Under the pieces are notes generated by a model that worked only from the letters and a program-made list of their open reading frames with translations, had not been told where the DNA came from and ran no database searches. Both the position numbers and the translations under genes were made by a program. A DNA stretch of 64,000 nucleotides from an uncultured Bacillales bacterium (GTDB taxonomy: Bacteria; Bacillota_I; Bacilli_A; RF39; UBA660), in NCBI GenBank assembly GCA_946624985.1, contig CAMOSQ010000001.1, forward strand, positions 76,733 to 140,732. Reading direction: 5' to 3'. Shown here piece by piece: positions 1-7,610 of the stretch. Position 1 is the first letter of the stretch. Every line of letters begins with the position of its first letter.

Positions 1-1172
1 GTTAATGGTAAAAGAAAACAAATAACTAAATCAGGTTTTAGAACCAAAAATGAAGCATATATAGCAGGACAAAGAGCCTATAATGAATTTATTAATGGAG
101 GTAACACAAAAGAAAGTAATATGTTATATTCTGAATATTTAGATTACTGGATGAGAGAATACTTTGAAATAAATTATAAGTATTCTACAGCAAAAAGATA
201 CAAGGAGTCTTTTGGTAATATTAAAAAGGAGTTAGGCAATTACAAGTTATCAGCAATAACTTCATATATGTTAAATCAGGCATTATTAAGATTATATCAA
301 ACATCAAATACAAAAGAAGCATTAAGAAATTATCAAAAAGTAATTAAAAGTTCATTAAGAGATGCAACATATTATTTTGGTTTTATTAATTATAATCCAG
401 CAGCAGATTTACAAATACCTAGATTATTATCGTTTGAATTAAAAAAAACGATGTAGGACATATCTATACTAATAAAGAAATAGAAATAATTCTAAATAGA
501 TTTAAAAATAATAAAGTATTTATAACTGCATTTCTTACTGCTTGTTATACAGGTATGAGAACAGGCGAAGTATTTGCATTAACTTGGGACGATATAGATT
601 TAGATAATAGAATTATTAAAATAAATAAAACAGTATATGCAAAAGATAAAGAAGAAAAAGGAAGATGGTATTTAGGCACAACTAAAACTGTTGGAAGTCA
701 AAGAGAAGTTTATATTTGTAATGCTTTATATAAAGTATTACAGGATTATAAAGAATTACAAAATAATTATAAAAAAAAGTTTGGAAAAAATTATAAACAC
801 TATATTTTAGAAGAAGTAAAAAATAAATATGGTAAATTAGTTGAGTATAAAATTATAGAATGTAATTCTAAATATAATAGAATAGAAATGGTATTTACTC
901 GAAAAGATGGAACATATTCTGGAACTGATATTGTCAAATATCCTTTTAAAATAATTCATCACGAACTAGGAATAAAATGCAGATTCTATGATTTAAGAGG
1001 TAGTTTTGCAACTATTAGTTTAAGAAATGGTTGTGAAATAAAAGATATTGCTGAAGTATTAGGACATAAGAGAATAGAAACAACGCAAAGATATTATATT
1101 ATAAGTAATGAAGTTAATAAAAATAAAGTAATTAAATCATTTGAAGAAAGTTTAAAATATTATACAAATTAA
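1..1172 (+). pseudogene. Tyrosine recombinase/integrase (Tn916- or phage-type); 5' end lies outside the window and the reading frame is broken once
   Basis: The frame is open from base 1 (VNGKRKQITKSGFRTKNEAY..., typical of an arm-binding N-domain). The catalytic part at 555-1172 carries MRTGEVFALTWDDIDL, YDLRGSFAT (box II, with Y where H is usual) and LGHKRIETTQRYY. The two frames meet in an A8 run at 441-448. The downstream frame is open from 438 and reads KKNDVGHIYTNKEIEIILNRF... straight into the catalytic domain. Confidence 0.8.
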
Positions 1173-1277
1173 ACAAAATATTATTAAAATAGAATTTATA
1201 AATAAATAGTCGTAAAACTCTTTGATAGATGTTAAAAAAAGCAAAGGTTATGATATAATAGTTTAAGGAGGTTTATT

Positions 1278-1967
1278 ATGAGTGAGTACAACAAAAAAAC
1301 AATAGATATGTATAGTTTAGGTGGTGCTTTAGAGTATATTGGGCATAATGATATAGATCCTGAAACAGAAAAATGGGAAAAATTATTTAATTATGTAAAA
1401 AACGCATTACCAAAAGATAAAAAAGTAAAGATTATAGAATTTGGAAGTGGATGCGGGCAACTTTCCGCTATGCTTCAAGAGTCAGGTTATGATGTTACTT
1501 CAACTGATGTAGTTGATACCTTTTTAGAAGAACAGAGAAGAAGAGGAATTACTCAAATAAAAAAGTATAATTTTTTATTAGATGATTTTGATAATGTTTT
1601 TGGGTCTAAAGCAGATCTTATTATTTCATGGAGAAACCCTCATTTAGATATGGATGATATGAGAAAACTATTTGATGTTGTATATGATGGATTAAATGAT
1701 GATGGTTTATTTATAATTAATTTTCAAAATTCTGATGTACATCCAGAAGCAGATATGCTTCCAAACGGAACAAAGTATAATTATAAGATATTAGAAGATA
1801 AACAAACTAAAGAAAAAAGATTTTATGCATACTTTAGTAAAGATGATATAGAGGAGTTAAGGAAAAATTTGTTTGATATAGTAGAATATCATAATGAAGG
1901 TGGAAAAGAGCAAAAAAATTGGCATGTTTTAACACTAAGAAAAGCAAGCGACATTGCTAAAAGTTAA
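1278..1967 (+). CDS. Class I SAM-dependent methyltransferase
   Basis: Motif I-like KIIEFGSGCGQLS is followed by an acidic residue at the end of beta-2 (VTSTDV). There is a strong RBS AAGGAGG 7 nt upstream and TGATATAAT upstream of that. Confidence 0.65.
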   Translation: MSEYNKKTIDMYSLGGALEYIGHNDIDPETEKWEKLFNYVKNALPKDKKVKIIEFGSGCGQLSAMLQESGYDVTSTDVVDTFLEEQRRRGITQIKKYNFLLDDFDNVFGSKADLIISWRNPHLDMDDMRKLFDVVYDGLNDDGLFIINFQNSDVHPEADMLPNGTKYNYKILEDKQTKEKRFYAYFSKDDIEELRKNLFDIVEYHNEGGKEQKNWHVLTLRKASDIAKS

Positions 1968-2100
1968 TATTTCTTTTGATTGTTATATTAAGATATTATG
2001 AACAATATAGATTATTAAATTCACACATTTTATAAAATTAAAATATATGTTATACTTATATCAGTGAACGAATGTGGTCAATGTCCACAAATAGTCCACA

Positions 2101-2220
2101 GTAGATAAATACTATAAGTACAGATAATACTATAAATACAATAAATACAGATGATACCTGATACCGGAATACAATAAATACAAATAGTACTATAAATACA
2201 ATAAATAACATAAATATAGG
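2101..2220. repeat. Degenerate ~60-bp tandem duplication
   Basis: 2101-2160 aligns column-wise with 2161-2220. An exact 20-nt core TACTATAAATACAATAAATA occurs at 2128-2147 and 2188-2207. Confidence 0.7.
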
Positions 2221-2275
2221 AAGGTTCAGTTCTTGCGGGTCAGGGAAGAAATATAAACAATGTCATGGTAAATAA
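2219..2275 (+). pseudogene. 3'-terminal remnant of a SEC-C-motif (SecA C-terminal-like metal-binding) gene
   Basis: Translates to GRFSSCGSGKKYKQCHGK-stop, the CxxSGKKYKxCHG signature. The frame is open only back to a TGA at 2159 and has no start codon. It is followed by an intact terminator. Confidence 0.4.
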
Positions 2276-2316
2276 TCTCGTTTTCCCTTATAAATAAAGG
2301 GATTGCGAGATTTTTC
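2274..2316 (+). terminator. Rho-independent terminator (compound hairpin plus T-run)
   Basis: AATCTCG (2274-2280) pairs with CGAGATT (2306-2312). The inner stem is TCCCTT/AAGGGA, followed by TTTTT. Confidence 0.55.
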
Positions 2317-2357
2317 TTTACTCAACATTATGTAGAATTTTTGCAGTGACCACTGTC

Positions 2358-2379
2358 TTAGATACGTTTTAGATACGTT
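2358..2379 (+). repeat. Direct doublet of the AGATACGTT(TT) motif
   Basis: TTAGATACGTTTTAGATACGTT. The same doublet recurs at 5177-5203. Confidence 0.8.
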
Positions 2380-2442
2380 ATAAAAGCCTTGCAAAACCTT
2401 ATAAAATAAGGGTAAAACGTGTATTTGAACTTTAATTTTAAA

Positions 2443-2463
2443 TTAGATACAAAACGTATCTAA
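2443..2463. repeat. Imperfect palindrome built from the same motif
   Basis: TTAGATAC-AAAAC-GTATCTAA. The right half is the reverse complement of AGATACGTTTT. Confidence 0.75.
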
Positions 2464-2566
2464 AAAAATAAAAATTGTAAGTTTTTCAACTTTATTAATA
2501 AAATATTACCACGGCAGAAAAATAAAGTGATTATTCATGATATAATATTACTTAGGAGTTGAGAAC

Positions 2567-3418
2567 ATGATTAGCAGAAGAACAACTTTATTAATAGCAG
2601 ATATAATCTGTAATAGTTTTACTCATCAAGTGCGCGATACAGATGGATATGGTCGTACTAGAGGATACACAAACAGAGTAAAAGAAGAAGAACTAAGAAA
2701 TTTTCTCTTTGAATTTAATATAGATGGTTATACAATCAATCACTTATGTAAAAGTTATTATAGCGAAGAAACACTTAAAAAAAATATTCTAAATATGCAC
2801 ACAGGTTATTTTTATAATAAAGTTAACTATAATAAGTTTGTCTCACTGGGGCAAAAAGATATAAAAGGAATGGCCATAGGAATCCTTTATAGAAGATTAC
2901 AACCTGAAAGTTTGGATATGTTAGAAAATCTTTTGAGAATTGATGGATATATATATGAAAAAGAAAAATTATATGAAATAAATACAGATGTAGATGATAA
3001 GGCTAATTTAATAAAGAGTAAATTTAAAAAATATGGTTTTAATAATGAAACAGAATTTGATGTGTTTTATGCAAATATGAATGAACACTTTGAAAATTCA
3101 AAGTGGGAAGATTCAATTCATAATAGCAGAAAGTTATATGAAATTGTGCTGAAGGAATGTGCTATTTATTATTCAAAAAATATTGCTAAAGATAATGAAA
3201 AATTATCAAATGCGAAACCAATTGATGTAAGATTATATCTAGAAAAAAACAATTATTTTTCAGAAGATGAGTCAAATATAATTCAGTACTATTATAAATA
3301 TCTTAGTAATATAGGTTCTCATCCCAAACTCGCTTTAGAGGAACAAGCTGATTTTTCAAGGGTAATGTCCATCAATACAATTTTATATGCAATAAATAGA
3401 TTGGAAAAATATATATAA
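2567..3418 (+). CDS. Hypothetical protein (283 aa)
   Basis: Long ORF with RBS AGGAG and TGATATAAT upstream. The C-terminal helical part (NSRKLYEIVLKE...YLSNIGSHPK...) loosely recalls DUF4145/HEPN-like layouts but lacks the canonical Arg. Confidence 0.55.
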   Translation: MISRRTTLLIADIICNSFTHQVRDTDGYGRTRGYTNRVKEEELRNFLFEFNIDGYTINHLCKSYYSEETLKKNILNMHTGYFYNKVNYNKFVSLGQKDIKGMAIGILYRRLQPESLDMLENLLRIDGYIYEKEKLYEINTDVDDKANLIKSKFKKYGFNNETEFDVFYANMNEHFENSKWEDSIHNSRKLYEIVLKECAIYYSKNIAKDNEKLSNAKPIDVRLYLEKNNYFSEDESNIIQYYYKYLSNIGSHPKLALEEQADFSRVMSINTILYAINRLEKYI

Positions 3419-3457
3419 TAAAAAGGCTAGTTTTTAAGTGAAAAAAGGAGTATTTTT

Positions 3458-5138
3458 ATGGAAAGTCAAAACTGGAATAAGATGTATAAATTAGCTAAAA
3501 AATATTATGAAGAAAATGGAAATTTAGTAATTTCTGATTCATCAATAATTGATAATAAACGTGAATTAAGAAAATGGCTAATTACACAAAGAAGAAGTTA
3601 TAAATTGAGACATTTATCAAAAGAAAAAATAAGTCTCCTTAACGAAATTGGAATGGTATGGTCACAATATGATTTTCAGTGGAATGAATATTATAATTTA
3701 TTAAAAGATTACTATAATGCAAATGGTAATTCTTTGGTTCCACTTAGATATGTTACTGTTGATAATAAACAACTAGGTAATTGGGTTTCCAAACAAAGGA
3801 CTAATTATAAAACAAATAAAATATCGCAAGAAAAAATAGATTTGCTTGAAGAGATAGACATGGTATGGAATCCGGCAAATCAAATTTGGAATGAAACCTA
3901 TAAAATCGCCAAACAATACTATGAGGAAAATAATAATCTTAATATTCCAAACGAGTTTTTTTATAAAAATGTTAGCTTAGGAAGTTGGGTATTAACTCAA
4001 AGAAATAATTACCATCAAAATCTTTTAACTGACAAACAAATAAAAATGTTAGACGAGATTGGAATGGAATGGGATTCAATAAGAAATAAAGAATATATAT
4101 GGGATAAGAATTACAATACAGTATTAGAATTCTATAGTAAATATAGACATTTATATATTCCAACTAATTATTATTCTAAAGATGGTGTTAATATTGGTAG
4201 ATGGCTTTATGATCAAAAATTAAAATATAAAAAAAATGAACTTGATGAATATAGAAGAAATAAACTGGATTTGTTAGATAAATCTTGGAAAGAACCTTCT
4301 AATACTAAATCTTCATTTCCAGAACAAGCAGTTTTATATTATATTAAAAAGTTTTTTTCATCTGCAACAAAATTAAGAACTGAGAAAATAAGTGAAATAG
4401 ATATTTATATTCCTGAATTAAAAATAGGTATTGAATATGATGGCCCTACGCATATTAGAAGTATAAAAAAAGATATAGAGAAGAGTAACGCTTGTAAAAA
4501 AAAGTGGTATAAAATTAATAAGGATGAGAGATGTTAAATGTCCACCTATAAATGATGAATCATATAAAATAATATTAAAAAACGATTCGTTTGAATCATT
4601 AGATAATGGAATAAAGGAATTGTTAAATTATTTAAATGTTTTTAATGTTAGTGTAAATATTAGTAGAGATTATATGGAAATATCCGATAATTACATAAAA
4701 TCAATAGATTTAGATTGGTACAATATGTATGAAAAATTAAAAGAGTACTATAATGAATTTGGAAACATTAATGTACCGATTAATTATAAAACATCCGATG
4801 GCTTTCTATTAGGTCATTGGCTAAGTAATATAAGAAATAGTATAAAAAATCCAAGTATGAAAGGTATGAGGCTAAATACAAACAAAATAGAATTATTAAA
4901 TAAATTAGGTATGGATTGGTCACCAATTGAATCACAATGGAAGAGAAAATATAAGTTAGCAAAAGAATACTATAATGAAAATGGGAATTTGTTGATTCCT
5001 GATAAATACGTAACAAGTGATGGTACTAAATTAGGAAGATGGATTTCTACACAAAGAAGCTATTATAAGAAAGGTAGATTACCTGAAGATAAAAAAGATT
5101 TATTAGAAAAAATTAATATGGTTTGGAGTCTAAGATAG
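3458..5138 (+). pseudogene. Helicase-associated (HA) domain repeat protein with an internal PD-(D/E)XK / Vsr-DUF559-like module; frameshifted
   Basis: There are six repeats of W..Y..LK.YY.E.GN..IP..Y....G..LG.W...QR..YK.....L....I.LL..IGM.W, four before and two after the module ...DIYIPELKIGIEYDGPTHI.... ORFs 3458-4537 and 4524-5138 join across an A8 run at 4496-4503. The second frame reads KKSGIKLIRMRDVKCPP, the expected continuation of the endonuclease-like module. Confidence 0.7.
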
Positions 5139-5176
5139 AATTGTTTAAAATTTGTAAAAAATTCAACAATGGCAAA

Positions 5177-5203
5177 TTTTAGATACGTTTTTAGATACGT
5201 TTT
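5177..5203 (+). repeat. Second direct doublet of the AGATACGTTTT motif
   Basis: TTTTAGATACGTTTTTAGATACGTTTT, lying in the intergenic region downstream of the HA-domain gene. Confidence 0.8.
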
Positions 5204-5210
5204 GCTAGGT

Positions 5211-5290
5211 TTGCCGAGTGCTACGGAGAGCTCCCAAGTGCAGCCAAGTGACGAATTAACGAGCCAAGTGCTCCCAAATGCCCCCAAAAG
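5211..5290. repeat. GC-rich patch with 10-bp phased CCAAGTG-like heptamers
   Basis: Read as consecutive 10-mers, six of eight end in CCGAGTG, CCAAGTG (x3), CCAAATG or CCAAAAG, at 5214-20, 5234-40, 5244-50, 5264-70, 5274-80 and 5284-90. By eye, local GC is far above the window background. Confidence 0.7.
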
Positions 5291-5479
5291 CCCTAATACA
5301 AAAAGCCATGTGGAAGTGGTAAGAAATACAAAATATGTTGTAGTTAATAGGTTTATAAAAATTTATCACATAATAGTTTATAGAAAACAATTATATAATA
5401 TTTTTTATTTGTGAAAAAGAATAGTAGTTTATTTACTATTTTTTTTTATTGTGATATATTAATTCTAGGAGGGTTTTAT

Positions 5480-6043
5480 ATGATTGGTGATAAATTTTAT
5501 TTTGTTGATGCTAAGGATATCGAACAGTCTATTTTAATTTGTAAAAATAATGGTTATGAGAAAACTTTTCAGTCTATTGGACGAAAAACTGCAAATGAAA
5601 TCTTTACTTTAAATGATATTCCTTTGGAGTATCAAAAAATTGTTTTACGTTCGAGTGTATCAAAAAGAATTAAGTCTCGTATTACGGATAAAGTTTTATC
5701 AAAACAAAATAATTATTATGCTGAAGAATATATTTCTGGTTTTTCTTTTTGTGAGGTTGTTCAATCTGGTAAGGGTGATATGGTTTCTCTTATTAATTCA
5801 CCATTTTATGATGAACAATCAAAACAGTGGCTTTTTAATTATATTTCTTGTATGTGTAATGTTAGAAGTATATCTTCATCTTCTATTATTTCGTTTTTTA
5901 CTGAATTAAAAAATAATAAATTAATTGATGCTTATTTTAAATCTTTATGTGATTTATTCGAACTTAATAAGTCTTCTGTTGATGTTTTAAATGGTAGATT
6001 AGATGATTTTAAGTATAGTGGTTATCAAAAAGTTTTAAAATAG
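5480..6043 (+). CDS. Hypothetical protein
   Basis: ATG at 5480 is preceded by AGGAGGG. The track ORF begins at 5411 but has no RBS there. Confidence 0.5.
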   Translation: MIGDKFYFVDAKDIEQSILICKNNGYEKTFQSIGRKTANEIFTLNDIPLEYQKIVLRSSVSKRIKSRITDKVLSKQNNYYAEEYISGFSFCEVVQSGKGDMVSLINSPFYDEQSKQWLFNYISCMCNVRSISSSSIISFFTELKNNKLIDAYFKSLCDLFELNKSSVDVLNGRLDDFKYSGYQKVLK

Positions 6044-6086
6044 TTTATATTTGTGTTATAATGTATATAGTGTTTAGGAGGTTATT

Positions 6087-6878
6087 ATGAACGAAAAGAA
6101 AAAAATATTAGTTTTATTGGGCGCTATTGTTGGAATTATTTTATTTATAATCATTTGTAGTGCTTTTGAGAGTAAAAAGAGTAGAGAATATTTGAAGGAT
6201 TTTTATTCTGCTTTTAATGGAACTGATGAAAAGTTGGTTATGATAGGAAGGGATAATTGTAGTTGGTGTCAGCTATTTAAACCTTCTTTGGATTCAATGC
6301 ATGATAAGTTTGAATTGGATTATTTATATGTTAATACTAATGAGCTTACATCTAGTGTTTTTAAAAAGTTGTTAAAAGATGTAGGTGTTAATGAGAAAGA
6401 GTTTGGTACTCCTTATACAATTGTTGTTAAGGATGGTAAGGTTGTTGATTCTCTTAATGGTTATGTTGATGAGGTAGAGTTATTATCTTTTTTAAAAAAG
6501 CATAGTTTTGTTGATGATAGTGCTGAATTGTCTTTAAATTATATTGATTATAATGGATTTAAGGGTGTTGCTAAGTCTAATGAAAATGGCATTCTTGTTT
6601 TAGGTCAAACTACTTGCGGTTATTGTATTAAGGCAAAACCAATTTTAACTAAAATTGCTGATGAATATGGTATAGTTATAAATTATTTGAATATTACTAA
6701 TTTAACTAGTGAGGAGAACGGTAAGTTATCTAAGTATGTTAGTTATTTAGGTGAAAATGAGTGGGGTACTCCTTTAACTCTTATTGTTAATGATGGTAAA
6801 GTTATTGATTCTGCAAATGGATTACTTGATTATGATGGTTATGTTAAATTATTTAAGGATAATGGATTTATAAAGTAG
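6087..6878 (+). CDS. Membrane-anchored protein with two thioredoxin-fold domains
   Basis: N-terminal TM helix (ILVLLGAIVGIILFIIICSAF). There are two repeats, each with a CxxC motif (CSWC, CGYC) and a downstream GTP motif (cis-Pro loop). RBS is AGGAGG. Confidence 0.7.
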   Translation: MNEKKKILVLLGAIVGIILFIIICSAFESKKSREYLKDFYSAFNGTDEKLVMIGRDNCSWCQLFKPSLDSMHDKFELDYLYVNTNELTSSVFKKLLKDVGVNEKEFGTPYTIVVKDGKVVDSLNGYVDEVELLSFLKKHSFVDDSAELSLNYIDYNGFKGVAKSNENGILVLGQTTCGYCIKAKPILTKIADEYGIVINYLNITNLTSEENGKLSKYVSYLGENEWGTPLTLIVNDGKVIDSANGLLDYDGYVKLFKDNGFIK

Positions 6879-6886
6879 GTGTTTAT

Positions 6887-7336
6887 ATGAGAGATGCAAT
6901 AAATTTTATACATAGGCAAGCAAGAAGGTTTAGATTGAGATATCCTCTTACTATAGCGTTTAGATTAAGAGCTCATAGTAGGGTTTTGGCTAAACATTTA
7001 AATCCTGGTGAAAGAATTAGTTATGTTTTTGCCGCTCAAAAAGGACCTAGTTCGCTTGATATAATTTCGACTTATGTTATTGCTATTACTGATAAAAGGA
7101 TAATGATTGGTAGGAAAAGATTATTATTTGGATATTTCTTTTTAGCTATTACTCCTGATATGCTTAATGATATTAAGGTTAAGAAGAGTTTAATATGGGC
7201 TAAGGTTGAAATTGATACTATTAAAGAATTTATTGTTTTGTCTAATTTACAAGGTGGAGCTGCTTCTGAGATTGAGACAAATATAACTAGATATGTTATG
7301 AAAAAGAAAAAAAAACCTATGGTGCATGGTCATTAA
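6887..7336 (+). CDS. Hypothetical protein, possibly a bacterial PH-like (YokE-type) domain
   Basis: LNPGERISYVFAAQKG...VIAITDKRIMIG resembles the bPH signature. This is a weak assignment. Confidence 0.35.
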   Translation: MRDAINFIHRQARRFRLRYPLTIAFRLRAHSRVLAKHLNPGERISYVFAAQKGPSSLDIISTYVIAITDKRIMIGRKRLLFGYFFLAITPDMLNDIKVKKSLIWAKVEIDTIKEFIVLSNLQGGAASEIETNITRYVMKKKKKPMVHGH

Positions 7337-7610
7337 AAAAATGATGAAAAGGCTTCTTAGAAGTTTTTTTTTATATAATAGGAAAGTGCTTTTAAATTAA
7401 AAAATAGTATATTAATTTGTACATTTTAAACTTTACATGTTGAATATAAAGCATTTAGTATGTTGTATTGCATTTTTTTTTTTAATATGTTAATATTAAA
7501 CTGTAGATAATAGAGGGAGGTGTTAGTTTATAAGTATTTTTGGAGGAATTGCTTCACTTTCTAAAAAAAGAGCTGAAGCAGCAAAACTTTCAGAAGGAGC
7601 CTTTAATGAA

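Noticed and set aside
2101-2220. Possible CRISPR array or minisatellite
   Set aside because: There are only two degenerate ~60-bp units, with no repeat-spacer alternation and no cas genes. It is better explained as a duplicated low-complexity coding remnant attached to the SEC-C tail.
1-5400. Intact prophage or ICE starting at the integrase
   Set aside because: There are no capsid, terminase, portal, relaxase or replication genes next to it. The integrase is frameshifted, and the adjacent genes are a methyltransferase and orphan accessory genes. The T4SS cluster is 27 kb away, behind housekeeping genes and a tRNA.
5063-5414. Track ORFs 5169-5414 (+) and 5063-5287 (-) overlapping the GC-rich patch
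   Set aside because: Neither has an RBS. They are mutually overlapping and their composition is driven by the repeat (SQV/PS runs). The second half of the + ORF runs through promoter-like AT-rich DNA. I treat this as non-coding repeat DNA.
5613-5909. Alternate-frame same-strand ORFs inside longer genes (5613-5909, 26653-26850, 32849-33037, 39525-39779, 50082-50336, 51013-51198, 52850-53077, 56115-56303, 59759-59962)
   Set aside because: They are fully nested in longer ORFs that have motifs or RBSs. They have no RBS of their own, and their low-complexity hydrophobic translations are typical of off-frame reading of T-rich genes.
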